From Negaprion brevirostris (lineage: Eukaryota): DNA of 64,000 bases. A model generated the notes under the pieces. It searched no databases, was not told the DNA's origin, and was given only the letters and a program-made list of their open reading frames with translations. Position 1 is the stretch's first letter. Every line of letters begins with the position of its first letter. The DNA lies in NCBI GenBank assembly GCA_030324005.1, contig JARDVH010000121.1, positions 38,021,077-38,085,076 on the forward strand, given 5' to 3'. Of this stretch, positions 12,601 through 27,600 are shown one piece after another. The position numbers were made by a program, and so were the translations under genes.

Positions 12601-15600
12601 ATTCCTTCTTAGGTGAAAATGGTTTTAGTGCTGCTGCAAATTTAGCAGATGATTTGTTGGTTCCTTGCCTAACAATAATGATGTTCACTATTGGGCCTAC
12701 TGAGTCAAGCAATGAGTTAANNNNNNNNNNNNNNNNNNNNNNNNNNNNNNNNNNNNNNNNNNNNNNNNNNNNNNNNNNNNNNNNNNNNNNNNNNNNNNNN
12801 NNNNNNNNNNNNNNNNNNNNACTATTGGGCCTACTGAGTAAAGCAATGCGTTAATCTGTTGAGTTTTTAATGCAGACCTGAAGAATCAGATATCCAAGGA
12901 ATCTCCAAAGTCCCCACTTATGTGTTTGACCTGAAAGAGTGGATTTCAGATGCATTGTTAAAAAGGTTAAAACATTTTAAAAGGATAGGTTTAGCTTTAG
13001 GAACTTGCTAAAATTCAAGATAGCGCTAATATTGTTTAAAGGTCAATGGTTTTGCCACATTTGCTGGTTTTGGCAGACTCCTCCTTTAAATGCATTCACG
13101 CTCAACCTTGGAAAACGTTTAAACAATAGCTAATGGATTGAATAGCTGCAGACTTCTCCATTTCAGGACGAAGCTTTTGGGACGCAAAAGCATTGAATTA
13201 GCTGTTCTTTAAAGCTGATTCTTTAGTTATGATTCTTACGGATTAACTAATTAATTATTGATTATTGTGAATTACTGCTAAAGTAGTTTTCTAGAAGAGT
13301 ACGAGGGATGAATGATGAACTGCCTTGGCACCAAATTTCATTTTGATCGATTGCCTTTTCTAGTTTTCATACTAAACTTATCAGAAATGTCAATACATGA
13401 TTAATTCTTGGATCTGATCTTCACATTCCTGGTATTATCAAGTTAAAGGGACAATGTTCTTGGACAGCTGATTAACTGATGTCCCGTGAGGTGATTGTTT
13501 GTTTTGATTATTTTTTGCCCCGACATGATACATAACCCTTCATGCAGGAAATAATTGGACTCTTGTGGTAACAATTCACTAAATAGTTTATCAATAAAAC
13601 ACTATTTTAGATTTGTGCTACATCTGTTCATGTCACATATTTACATCTAATGTAAATTTGAAAATGAATTATTGTGCAAATTTTAAAACAGGTTGACTCT
13701 AATGTATACATCAATAAAACAGTAGTTACTACATTAACTTGCTGTTTATCGTATAATTGTACAATCTAAACATACGTGGAGAACAATCTACAGATTACAC
13801 AAAAGCATCACTCACCACCAAATTTGCTAATTGTGTTGGGATGTGGCTGGGTGTAGAAACAAGAGCAGATCAGCGAGAGCATTGAGAGCTCCTTCATCTT
13901 TTCCTTGTAGGCTTTAAAAACAGAAAAATATATTTTAGATTAAAAATTGCAATTTGATTGCCATTTTAACCAGCTGGATTCCACATAAGTGGGCATCCGT
14001 TTGATAAGATTTCCTGAGAACTTAAATAAAGACCCAAAAATCCGTATCTGCTTACGCTGCACGGAACACTAAAGGACTGAGCCCCAACAAAATGCCATGC
14101 TTAAGATTTTCCCAGTTTGCAATATTACTCACCTTTGTTGGCTCATCAAGCACAGCATTAAGGACAGGTGGGGTGCTCAAAAATAATGCAATAATGAACC
14201 TGTGGCAAATCAGAATTAGCTAGATTGAAAAATTCAGATGGTCGTCTCATCACATTATCAAACTGTTTGTCTCAAGTTCCTCTTAGGTACCCATTCATTC
14301 AATCATAATTACGACAGTTATAAGAGAAGTGTTCTAATTCACTGAAAATGAATTAAACTCCTACGTTAAATAGCTGTGTGGTTCAGCCTCTAAACATACA
14401 GCCTCTAAGTCAGATTTATTGTATTTTGCTATATAAGTGAAGCCACGAGAAGATTGTATCCAAAGTGAAAATATCTTCCACAAACAGCAAAACACCAGCT
14501 GAATCAATTTGGTCACCATTTTACTGTTTTTTTTTCACTATATTTTTGCTTTCCAAGCACTGTCACTTGTTCTTCCTTCACGAACAACACCAGTCCCTTC
14601 AAATTGATTTGTTGTATTCCCTCACTGCTTGTTTGTCACTTTGTCTCTTTATCTCTTTCTGCTTCCAGTGCGACTGTTTTCAAAAGGTTACGTGTTGGAC
14701 AGGTGCACGGAGCACACAATATAGGTTGAGCAGAGTAATTAGGAACAAAGAGGGACAAAATAGAACCAATTGGGAAGGGAGATAATAAAAATCATGATGA
14801 AGTCCTAATGGAAACAAGGGAGGCAAAAATAAAAACATTAAAAGCAATGGAGAATCCGGGAGGGGAAAAGGCAGAAACAAGAAGTGGAAAAATAACAGTG
14901 AAGATATATAACTAACAATAAAAAGGAGAAAAATAATATGAGGTGTCCTTTGTCCTCAACTGTTCTGGAAACAGCAAAGACTCCTGTTGTGATAGAGGCT
15001 TCAGTGGCATAAGCACACATATAGAAACACTATTGCACCCAAATTCAATTATGTTGGCTGAAGCACCATGCATTATTAAACATTCCAATACACAATTCAA
15101 TCAACTGTCCTTTACTAGTTGCCGGTATTAACTGTTAGATGAAATATGCGTAAGTTTATTCCCCTCGCTGACGTTCAAAGTTCTTGTAATCTGATTTAAC
15201 AACGTGTCAGGATATATGTGGCACTTCAAAAAAGCCACTGTCTGAAGCAGGAGATTAAGTGAAGTTGGCTGGAATTCACTTAGAAACATTTAATGTGCTG
15301 GAGGCTGTGTATGCTGTAACTTGCAAGATTGATGCTGAATTATTTATGGCCGAATCCAAGAGACCATTATAGCCCTGAACATATATTTTTACATTTTTTA
15401 ACATATACATAGAATTGAAATAAAAGTAAGATTTTGTTATATTTCTCCTAACTGTAATGAAAGAAAATCTCTGTGCTGTTACAGCTGCCAATTTTTACCA
15501 TACAACACAGAGACATTTTTAAATAGAAAATNNNNNNNNNNAGAAAATAAAGCATCGTCTTGATTCAAGGTGAGAAGAGAGCCTTTTAAGGTAAAAAAAA

Positions 15601-18600
15601 TTCTATCAACGGCTGACCCTGGCACATATTTTCAAAGAGTTACAACAATAATTAGGAAATGCAAAATAAATTACAAACTTTAAACAGGGAAATAACTATA
15701 TATTATGGGAAAAGAAAAGTATCCCATACGATTATATTGACCAGTACTGGCCAAAATGCCAAATGGGAAAAGCAAGAAGCATTATCAGTAATCAAGAAGA
15801 AGCCTAAATTTGTAATTATATCACACCTTTCACAACCTCAGGATATCTCAAAGCATTTTAGTCCAATGCTTCACTATATTGTTAACCTCAGTATTAGCTT
15901 TAAAAAAAAATCAACATTTGACTATCATTAGTACACTGCCAAAATTCTATCCTAAAATTATTCTAACATAATTACCGTTGGCTGCTGATGCATTAACATA
16001 TCTACTGCCCATTGGGATTGTAGTATTTTCAATTGCAGCCAATAACAACTCCTGTGTGACAATTAAAATCCAGCATGAAACAAAAGTGGTGCCGTTACGT
16101 CTGTGGTGATCCCTCAACAGATGTGTTGATTGCACTAATGGTTTAATGCAGTGATTTTTCATTCTTCTGTACGAAAGGGTCTACAAATATTGGCATGCCC
16201 CTGAGAAATGCCAGACATGTATGAACATGTTCCTGAAAACACTTGTCCTGATTTCTGGAATACAACGTCATCTTCCCTTTGCAATAATTGAAAATAAATT
16301 GTTTTCATTGAGGAACTGAGATAAGCGAATGCATTGAGACTACGATCCTGTACCTTGGGATTGCCCTGAAGCCACACCAAAGACCATTCGATACCAGTTC
16401 GATGTTCTGGTCTTTGNNNNNNNNNNNNNNNNNNNNNNNNNNNNNNNNNNNNNNNNNNNNNNNNNNNNNNNNNNNNNNNNNNNNNNNNNNNNNNNNNNNN
16501 NNNNNNNNNNNNNNNNNNNNNNNNNNNNNNNNNNNNNNNNNNNNNNNNNNNNNNNNNNNNNNNNNNNNNNNNNNNNNNNNNNNNNNNNNNNNNNNNNNNN
16601 NNNNNNNNNNNNNNNNNNNNNNNNNNNNNNNNNNNNNNNNNNNNNNNNGTCTGGGGAATTAGTGGGGTAAATGTGTGGGATTGCAGGAATAGGGCCTGGG
16701 TGGGATTGTGGTCAGTGCAGACTTGAGGGGCTGAATGGCCTCCTCCTGGAGGAGGAGGCCTCTATGGTATTCTATGAAGGCCTCTGGTATTCTATGATTC
16801 TATTCTACAAAAACAGTTGGTCAACAAGAGAGCAGGAGGGAGCAGATGGTAGGTCGTGACAACAGGTAAGCAGCAAGCTGGAAGATTTTTTGAAGGGCCC
16901 AGAGATGCACCCTGCTCCTCCTGGCTCTAGAAAATTCTGATGACAAAATCCCAAATGCTTACCTTTTGAAGAGAGGGGCTTCCTGACCTTCCTTTAACAA
17001 TCATCAGGTAGATTTCTTATCACTGGGGTAAATGGAAACTGGTGCTCACTGTGCACCCTCCTCCCATTTCTCCTCAAAGGAGCTCAACAGCAAGTGGAGG
17101 AGCTTGATTTCCATGTTAAAACCCACCCTGTACGTTTTAGGCAGGAGTACTGGGTATCCATTTAAAGGCTTCCCTACAAGTCGAATCAAGTTGACAAATG
17201 GACATAAAAGATCTCCACACGACTTTCAATTTCTGGTCACCCGTGAATCAATTGAGTAACAAGGGAGCAGCGGTTAGAAATTTCCAATAATACCCCTTCA
17301 AATATTACAGCAGCATTTTTAAAATTTAGCTGCTCGACAAATGCTCAATAGGATGATGCAACATGCCATTTTAAAATTTTTTTTTATCTTGCTCGAGGTG
17401 TGATATCATTATGACTGAAACAACATGTGATTATTCCAGCTCTATTCCTTTGCCATTGTTTAATATCAAATGATAAAGCTGTATTGTCAGAACATAGAAA
17501 GATTTACATTCAGCCCATCATGCCTGTGCCAGCCAAAAGGGTTGTCCAGCCTAATCCCATCTTCATGTTAATAGCCCTGTGTGAACTGATGTGAAGTTGG
17601 CATTATTATACAGTGTAACTGTCACAAAAAATAAGGAAAGATCCCGAGGGTGGGCCAGGACATTTCAGCGGGGCTGGATTAGCGTGATCCAAGCTGGGTG
17701 TCTGGCCCCAAGCCTGTTTCCCAGTGCTGGATTTCCAGCACCTTCAGTTCCACGGTGGAAATAGGCATGGAGCTGCATTGGGCATACAAAGGTGCACATA
17801 AATCCAATTTAAATATTGTTTGCGGGCATGGGACTGAAGTCAAATTCTATCAACTCCTGTGGCGGGATTCAAACCTGGGTTCCCAAACATTAGCTGAGTT
17901 TCTGGATTAATAACCTATCAATAATAACACTAGACTATCACGTCCATAATTCGACATGCTCCCTCATTTAACCATCTGAGACTTATTAACTCTGGAGAAA
18001 GTTGGACAGAATTTCACCCCCTTCTTATAAAACATCCCTTTACCTTCTGGTTCTGTTGAAAGTCATCTCCATGGAGCCAACTGTTCAGCCAATTATTTGG
18101 TCATCTTCAATGCCAAAGGATTTCATCCACGTATAGCAAAAACACCACCATCACAAAATATAAACCACACACAGTCCCAGTCCTGTCCACTGTAATCTCT
18201 GCTGCCTCAAGGACTGGAGGTCTGCTGGCTAATCTGTTGGCCAGCAGCTCTCTGGTGAAACAGGGCTACTTTTCAAGTCACAGCCTCTTGCCGATCACTG
18301 CTTGCTGGAGAGTGAATTAATTTTGGGGCAGACTGCATCGGCGGAAATGTGTTCCCTACCGTCACTTCGGATGGCGGGAAAGAAAACCCTAACGTCCTAA
18401 ATATCCTGGCCATAGTGTTGTTTACTGGCTTCATTCATGGAGCTAGTATAGTGGGAAGTGACAGCAAAAGACATAATTAGAATTATCATTGTATATTCAA
18501 TTGTATGACTGAAAACAATGGGCAGTATTTTCCAAGCTCCATCATTCCAACCACTCCACCCCCTCCACCCCCGTCCCGCCGCCAGCAGGTTTGGAGAATT

Positions 18601-21600
18601 TAACGCTCAGCCAAAACACCATTCATTGCAACAGTACCGGAGAATCCCAGCCGCAAGGAACATCGGAGGTTTCCAGCGAATATTTCTGATTCTCAATTCA
18701 CACGATTCTTTTAAGTTTGAGGATTAAGATGGTCCTATAGTGCCACACTGTTCACACGGTAACCTGTAGGGTTAGTAATGATGCTGATTCCACATTCTCC
18801 AGTCAGCAAGAGTCTGCAAGGAGTTGTGATGCCCAGTGATGCATTAAATGGTGGTAAAGAGTCACACTGAGAAAGGAAGAAATTGAATCTGTGAATTCAT
18901 TCAAAGAACAAGGAAAAGTACAATGCAGGAACAGGCCATTCAGCCCTCTAACATGTGCCAATCATGATGCCCTAACAAAGCAAAAATAAACATACCCTTA
19001 CTCGGTCCGTATCCCTCTATTCCCTCCCTATTCATGTACCCTCCAGATCGCTCTTAAATGTTGCTAATGTGCCTGCCTCCACCATCTCCTCTGGCGGCAC
19101 ATTTCAGGCACCCACCACTCCCCGCGTGAAAAACTTCCCCCGCATATCTCTTTAAACTTTTCCCTTCTCATCATGAACCTGTGCCCCCTTGTAATTGACA
19201 CTTGAAAAAACCTCTGATTATCCCTCTGTCTCTGCCTCTCATACTTTTGTAGGCCTCTATCAGGTCTCCATCTTTCCAGTGAAAACAATCCTAGTTTATT
19301 CAACCTCTCCTCACAGCCAAAACTCTCAAGACCAGACAACATCCTGGGGAACCTTCTTTGCAGTCTCTCCAAAGCTTCCATATTCTTCTGGTAATGTGGC
19401 CTAACCAAGGTTTTATATAACTGTAACATGATTTGCCAACTCTTCTACTCAATGACCCTGCTGATGAAGGCAAGCATGCCATTTGCTTCCTTAATCACCT
19501 TGGCCATCTGTGTTGCCTCTTTTAGGGAACTGTCTACCTGCACACCTCTGTATGTTAATGTTCCTAAGGGTTCTTCCATTTATAGTATAATTCACACCTA
19601 AATTTGATCCATCAAAATGCATCAGCTCACATTTGTCCGGATTAAAATCCATCTGCCATTTCTGTGCTCAAATCTCCAACCTATCTATATTTTGTTGTAC
19701 CCTTTGACAATCCCCACACCATCAACAACTCCGCCAATCTTTGTGTCATCTGCAAACTTATTAATCAGACACCCACATTTTCCTCCAAATCATTTATATG
19801 TACGACAAACAACCAAGGTCCCAGCACTGATCCCTGCAGAACATTAATCCTTCTAGCCAGCCCACCCCAAATCCTGAGCGATTATAGTTTTTGTACCAGT
19901 CTGCCATGTGGGACCTTGTCAAACACCTAATTAAAGTCCACACAAATTACATCCACAGCCCTTCCCTCACCAATTTTCTTTGTCAGCATAGTCCTGACAG
20001 ATACTGGGATCAAACAATGAGAAGGTTGGGAAAATTAGTCCCTCAGGCAGGAAAGGATGAGAAATCAGGAGCAATAGTAAACTTGGACAGTTCTTTCATG
20101 CTTCCAATTCATAGCATTTAACCAGCGTGGGTTGAAATATGGGAATAAAATTTCTCCACTTGCCTTCTGTTTGGGGTTGAATCTTATCCAGTGGGACAAA
20201 ATGTATATTGCAATATCATACAGCTAGAGAGCAGCACTTAAAAGGTACATGACTTTGGGTGACGTTTTGAAAAAGGCACAGAACCATTCTTAAATAGAAC
20301 AGAGCATTGCAGCTTAAAGATTAATACTTGGTGAGAATCAAAGGGTGGGTGAAACCCTNNNNNNNNNNNNNNNNNNNNNNNNNNNNNNNNNNNNNNNNNN
20401 NNNNNNNNNNNNNNNNNNNNNNNNNNNNNNNNNNNNNNNNNNNNNNNNNNNNNNNNNNTTGCAGCTTAAAGATTAATACTGGGTGAGAATCAAAGGGTGG
20501 GTGAAACCCTGGCAGAAATTGAGCAGTTAAAAATTGCCCATGGGACTCACCTGCCAATATTAAGGCTCTGATCTTAATCTGATGTCCTGAGTAGGCAAGC
20601 AAAAACTGAACGTGAAGGGGTCCTTCTTTAAGTATGCTATTTTAACCGTGGGCCTGAGCATGGAAACTGGCGTGGTTTTCCTAACAGGTTTGCTCAAAGT
20701 TAGAATCTGGGTTTTAATAGGAAAAGATATGGAAGAAATGCAGATTTTTTTATTGAAGTTCAACCATAAATAAGAACTCAGACCTAAATTTAATTCTTAA
20801 CTTTGAGAAATATAGCAATATGCAAACTGTTAAAATAATTAAAATTGTATTAATACCAACACATTCCTATTTCTGATCCTGAGCTTTCCACAAATACTGT
20901 CCAGCATCGGCAGTATTTTGCTTTTATTTTATCCCTTTTTTTTATTTGTTTACAAATATGCTAGAAGGCAAAAGATGATAACAAAACAGTTATTTTTATA
21001 TCTCGATGTTGGAAGTCTTCTCTGGATTTTATACAAGAGGTTGTGCAAGGCAGCTGGTGACACAGGACAGGGAGCAGGATAGTGAAAGATTAGCAAAGCA
21101 ACATTTCAAAACAATTGATTTTTTGAAAAAGAATCAATTGAGCATTGTGACTGCAAATCCCACACCATTTAGGAACACTGCTTTGACTTCCGTTATTAAG
21201 AAGACGGATATATCAGTGGACCAAATACATTCCCGCAAAATGAAAAAAATGAAGTACTGAATTCTGAAAATCATGTCGAACAGAAAATGTGGGTAATGCA
21301 CAGGCATGTTGTCTGTATTTCTCTTTCAGATGCTGATGAACTTGCTGGGTATCTTCTGAATTTTTTTTGCTCTTTCTTTTAATCTGTATATATGAAATTC
21401 AATAGATTATACAAAGTTGCAGCACAGGATGAAGTCGTTTGGCCCATCATTTCTGTGCCGGATGCAGAAGAGTTATCCAACCTAATTCCACCTTCCAGCT
21501 GTTGGTCCTTAATCTTGTGGGTTATGACACTTCCACTGTATATCCAAATTTTTTTTTAAATGTAATGAAGGCTTCTGCTCTGCTAACTTTTCAAGTAGTG

Positions 21601-24600
21601 AGACCACCATCCTCTACCCTCCTGACTGAAAAAATTTCTCCATATCTCCATTCCAGTCCTTCTGCCAATTATTTTAATCTATTCCCCCGTGTTATTGACC
21701 TCTTTGCGCCTTCCAATCAAATCCTTTCCCCTGCTATTAGCCATAGGGAAGGTCATCTCAAGAATCCTCCTGAATCAGCTTCCCCCTGTAGTTGGAGAAT
21801 TCCTCCCAGAGTTGCAATGCCGATTTTGCCCACTAAGGGGCACAATGGACATCCTNNNNNNNNNNNNNNNNNNNNNNNNNNNNNNNNNNNNNNNNNNNNN
21901 NNNNNNNNNNNNNNNNNNNNNNNNNNNNNNNNNNNNNNNNNNNNNNNNNNNNNNNCATCGACTGCGCTGCCCTCATCTATCTTCTTGGTTACCCCTTCAA
22001 AAAATTCAATCAAATTCAAGAGACATAGTTTTCCACTCACAGAGCCATGCTTACTGTCTCTAATCAGTCCTTGCCTCTCTAAATGTCCGTAGATCCTGTC
22101 TCTCAGAATGCCTTCTAACAGCTTACCCACTGCAGACGTTAGGCACACCAACCTGTAATTCCCAGGCTTTTCCATGTAGTCCTTCTTAAACAAAGGCACA
22201 ACATTTGCCACACTCCAATCTTCAGGTGCCTCACCTGTGGCTGTCGATGATTCAAATATCTTTGCTCAGGGACCTGCTATTTCCTCCCTAGCCTCCCACA
22301 ATGTCTTGGTAATAGGTCACGGAGATTTATCTACCTTGATGCACTTTAAGACTTCCAACACCACCTCCCCTGTAATATGTACACTTCTCAAGACATCATT
22401 ATTTATTTCCCCAACTTCCCTAACATCCGTGCCTTTTGTCAACAGTAAACACTGATGAGAAATATTCATTTAAGATATCACACATTTCTTGTGGTTCCAC
22501 TCATAGATGACCTTGTTGATCCTTAAAAGGACCTATTCTCTCCCTAGTTACTTTTTTGTCCTTTATGTATTTGTAGAAACTCTTTGGATTCTCCTTTGCC
22601 TTATCTGCTAAGCAATCTTGTGCCCCTTTTTACCCTCCTGATTTCTCTCTTAACTCTACGCCAGCACCTTCCATACTCTTCAAGGGGTCCACTTGATCCC
22701 AGCTGCTTATGCTTGTCATATGCATCCTTCTTGACCAGAGCCTCAATATGCCAAGTCATCCAGGGCTCCCTATTTCGACCAGCCTTGCCCTTCACTCTAA
22801 GAGGAATGTGCTTACCCTGAAACATGGTTAACACACTTTTGAAATCCTCCCAGTAACCAGGTATCCCTTTGTTTGCCAACAGACGCCCCAATCAACTTTT
22901 GAAAGTTTCTATCTAATACCATCAAAATTTGCTTTGCCCCAGTTTAAAATTTTAACTTTTCGACCGGACCTGTCATTCTCAATAACTATCTTAAAACTAA
23001 TGGAGTTATGGTCACTGGTCCCAAAGTAATCCCTCTTCAGTCACCTGCCCTCCCTTATTGGAAGAAGTCTCACAACACCAGGTTAAAGTCCAACAGATTT
23101 ATTTGGTAATAAACCAAATAAACCTGTTGGACTTTAACTTGGTGTTGTGAGACTTCTTACTGTGTTTACCCCAGTCCAACGCCGGCATCGCCACAGCATA
23201 ATGGATCCACCACAGATCCAATATGCTTTCAGACTGAAGTCAAGCAAGGCTGTGTCATCACACCAACACTCCTCTTGACCTTCCTTGCTGCAATGCTCCA
23301 TTTCACCTTCAGCAAGCTCCCTGCAGGAGTTGAGCTAAACTACCGAACAAACTTGTTCAACCTACGTCGCCTGCAGGCCTGATCCAAAGTTTCCCATCCA
23401 CACACCTGATAAAAGCAACTCTCCGAAAGCTAGTGATGTTTGCTACCAAGTAGACCTGTTGGACTTTGACCTGGGGTTGTGAAATTTCTTACTGTGTTTA
23501 TCCCAGTCTAATGTCAGCATCTCCACATCATGTCCCATCCTCTGTCATTGGGCGACACTGTGCAGACAATGCTTGCACACCTTTGATGGTTGAGCTCCAA
23601 GCCATCGACAACACCTTCTCCAAGCCTTATGAGAGCATAGGCCTCACACCAAACATCCATAAAACAAACATCGGCTACCAATCTACCCCCACCACACATC
23701 ATTATTCTTTGGTTATCAGCATTCATAACGAGGTCTTGGAAAACCCTTTCCCCATCTTGGGAATGTAGTGTCAACTAGGGCAGACATCAATGATGAGGTT
23801 AAACACCATCTTCAGTGTATTAGTGCAGCCTTCAGTCACCTGAGGAAGGAAATGATTGAAGGTCAGGGCCACAGACCCAGCACCAAGCGCATGGCCTATA
23901 GAGCAGTAGTGATACCTGTCCTGCTATATAGCTCAGAGATGTGGACTATGTACAGTACACACCTTAAAACCCTGGAAAAGTACCTATCGGATCTACTCAG
24001 AACTTCAATGCAGCAAGCAAGCCCCAGGAGGGTAGAGGAAATGCTTCAAGAACACCCTGAGAGTCACCATAACAAGGTGCAACATCCACACTGACACCTG
24101 GGCATCCCTGGCCCAAGACTGCTCAATGTGGTAGAAAAGTATCTGGGAAGGAGCTGAACACCTCGAGTTTCAGTGCTGAGAGGAAGCTGAAGCCAAGGTT
24201 GACAATGAAAGGAGCGTGTGGCAAGCCAGACATTCCACCCACCCACTCGTCCGACTACTGTCTGCCCCACCTTTGGCAAACACCTGGACCCCTCAGTTGC
24301 CTGAGAACTCAGTGTTAGTGTGGAAGAAAGTCACCCTTAAGGGATTGCGTAAGATATAGTGTATAAGGTATATGCCCCTCATTATATTATACAATTGAAT
24401 CTCCCCCCAGCCTCCTCTGTTTCAAAGAAAACAAACTCTGCCTATCCAGCCTTATCTTATAGCTAACATTTTCCAGTGCTGTCAACATCCTTCTAAATTT
24501 CCTCTGCACCCTCTCTAGTGAAATCTCATCCATTCTGTAATGTAATGGCCAGAACTCTACACAGTACTCTAGCTGTGTTCTAACTACTGTTTTATACAGA

Positions 24601-27600
24601 AGGAGTATAATTCCTTTGATCTTATATTCTGTTTTGCCTTCTTAACCACCTAATTTACCTGTGCTCCTACTTCAGAGATTTGTAGGCATGCAGTCCTCAG
24701 CCCTCTCTGATTTTTTATATTTCCCAGTATCCCACCATTTATTACATATTTCCTTGCCTTATTTGCCCACCCTAAATGCATCATCGCGCACATCTCTGGA
24801 TTGAATTCTATTTGCCACTTTTCTGACCAGTTACTTGAAATTTTCCTGCTAGCTACAGCTTTCTTCCTCACAATTAACCACATGGTCACTTTTTGTGTGA
24901 TCTGCAAACTTCTTAATTACGTCCCTGATAATTAAGACTAAATTATTGACGTATATCATGAAAACTAAGGGACTTAGTTCTGACACCTGTGGAACCTCAC
25001 CAGCAACAGCCTTCTAATCACAAAAACACCCGTCAAATATTACCCTTTGTTTTCTGCCCTGAGCCAATTTTGGATCCAAGCTGCCATTTTCCCTTAGGTC
25101 CCTTGGGTATTTATTTTTCTGATCTGTCTGTCATGTGGAACCTTGTCAAAAATGTTGCTGAAATCCAGGTAGACAACATTTTATCCTCATCAACCCTCCT
25201 TGTTACCTCTTCAAAAAATGCAATCAAGTTAGTCAGATATGACCTTAATAAATCTATGTTAACTTTCCATGATTAATACTTGCTTTTCTCTTGATACTGT
25301 CCCTCAGAACATTTCTGAATAATTTGTCCATCAGTGAGATGAGAATGAATAGCCTGTTAACTACTCTGTCAAGCAAATACTGCACTCCAGATTCCACTAC
25401 GTCATGGAACATCCCACCACAATGTGCCCATTAGTCTGTGGGTCAAAAATCAGCCTGGTAGAAACTCACAACCCTGAGTAGATGTCACCTTCAAATCGAG
25501 TGACAGCCAACAATGACTCAGCCTATCCTTTTCCCTCTTCTTAAACAATGGTAAAATGTTAGCAGTCCTCCAGTCCCATGCCTGTCGTCACAGACAATTG
25601 GAAAATGGTGGTCAGATCCTCTGGTATTTTCTTCTTTGCCGCTGGAACAGGTTACAATATATTTCATCCAGGCTTGATCAAAGATAATAAAGCCTTTAAT
25701 ATTTTCTCTTTCACCTTCTTTATCACACCTGATATTTCATACTCCTTCTCCTGATCTTAATTATTTTCATCATCCCACTCTTTTGTGAGGACAGAAGCAA
25801 AGTATTCATTACGAACCATGCCCATATCTCTCAACTCCAGACACAGGTCACCTTTCCTGGACTCGAATAGATACCCACACCCCATCTTTTTCCTGGTAAT
25901 CCATTTGCTCTTTATATATTGATAAACATCTTTGAGTTTCCTTGCTTTTAGTTACCAGTAGATTTTCACGCTTCTTTCTTTGCTTTTCTGGTTTTTCTCA
26001 CGGTATTGAGCTCTCGGTGTCTGGCATAAACTTCCTTTTACACCCTGTCCCGCCATATAGTCTCTGAGACATCCAAAAGGCTGTAGATCTGGGAAATCTC
26101 CCCCTTTTTCCTTGTTATGATATATTTGCTCTGAACCATCTCCATCTCCTCCTCGACTTTCCCACTGCTCTGACACTGATTTACCTTCAAGTAGCTGTTT
26201 CCATTGTACTTTTGCTAAATTAGGAAAATTGCTTTTTCCTCAGTTGAGAACTTTAATTTCTATTTAATCTCCGTCCTTTTCCATAACAATGTTAACTCTA
26301 ACTGAATGGTGATCCATATCACCAAATTACTCTCCCAAAGATACATCTGTCCATAGTTCCTTAGACTTTGTCCAGAACTGGCCCTTCTTGACACTACAAT
26401 AGCAAATGAATTCATACAATAGAATCCCTACAGTGCAGAAGTAAGCCATCCAGCACATTGAGTCTGCATCAACTCTCTGACAAAGTATCTTTCCCAGACC
26501 CTCTCCCCCATCCTATCTTAGTAATCCCACACTGTTACCATGGCTAATCCATCTAAGAGGCAATTTAACATGGCCAATCCACCTAATCTGAACATCTTTG
26601 GACTGTGAAAGAAAACAGGAGCAAGTGAAGAAAGCCCACACAGACACAGGGAGAACGTGCAGACTCAACACAGACAGTCACCCAAAGCCAGGAATTGAAC
26701 TTGGGTCCTTGGCATTGTGAGGCAACAGTGCTATCCACTGTGCCACCATGCCACCTTTTTACAGTAAAAATGTGTAGAATTGCTTATTAGTAAGAAAAGT
26801 AAGGAGATCATATATTACTCGTAAAATAATACTTTAAATGGGGTAGAGACGTAAAAGGTTCAAGGGAAAGCNNNNNNNNNNNNNNNNNNNNNNNNNNNNN
26901 NNNNNNNNNNNNNNNNNNNNNNNNNNNNNNNNNNNNNNNNNNNNNNNNNNNNNNNNNNNNNNNNNNNNNNNCAATTCACATGACACTAAAATTTAAGATG
27001 CAAGCTAACAAAATAAACCCAGTATTAGAGTTTATTTCAAAAGGGATGACATTAGAAAGTCAAGAAGTTATGCTAAACATGTATTGGATCTTGTCTAGAA
27101 TGTGTACAGTTCTGGTTGCCATAGTAGAAAAAGGATATAGGGTTACTAGAGAGGGAGCTAAAAGATTTACAGAATTTTTGTTTATTTGGGATGTGGGTGC
27201 CCCTGGCTAGGCCAGCATTTATTGCTCCTCCCTAATTGCCTTTGAGAAGGTGGTTTTGTGAGCTGACTTCTTTAGCCACTGCAGTATCTGAGGTGCAGGT
27301 GCACCCACAGTGCTGTCAAGGTGGGGATTTTAGGATTTTGACCCGGCAAAGGAGTGGTGATATATTTCAAAGTCAGGATGGTGAGTAACTTGGATAAGAA
27401 CCTCTGTTATCCGTGCCCTTCTAGAAGGTAGCGGTTGTGGGTTTGGAAGGTGCTGCCTCAGGTGCCTCGGTGAGTTCCTGCAGTGCATTTTGTATATTGC
27501 TGCCTCTTTTCATCGTTGGTGGAAGGTATGAAGGTTTGTGGAAGCAATCGAGCGGGCTGCTTTGTCCTGGGTGGTGTCCAGTCTGTTTCGTAGGAGCTGC

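Larger units (their letters stand above)
21714..24350 (+). mobile_element. RTE (BovB-like) LINE, fragmented (~21714-21855, ~23200-23395, ~23530-24350)
   Basis: [17 protein letters not shown]...[43 protein letters not shown]...[16 protein letters not shown]. Confidence 0.8.
21400..26390 (-). mobile_element. Old CR1 LINE (pieces ~21400-21713 and ~24390-26390) hosting nested insertions
   Basis: [19 protein letters not shown] in ORF 24650..24907; CR1 3' end near 21420-21700. Confidence 0.6.

Noticed and set aside
14151-14171. REST/NRSE-like CACAGCATTAAGGACAGGTGG (and half-site TCAGCACCAC at ~58027)
   Set aside because: Mismatches at the critical CACC core or missing right half; plausible for a stathmin but not supportable without a PWM scan or ChIP.
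20308-20510. Exact direct repeats flanking 100-N gaps (also ~979/1094, ~12688/12821, ~35318/35447)
   Set aside because: Identical sequence on both sides of placeholder gaps indicates unmerged contig overlap, not real duplication.
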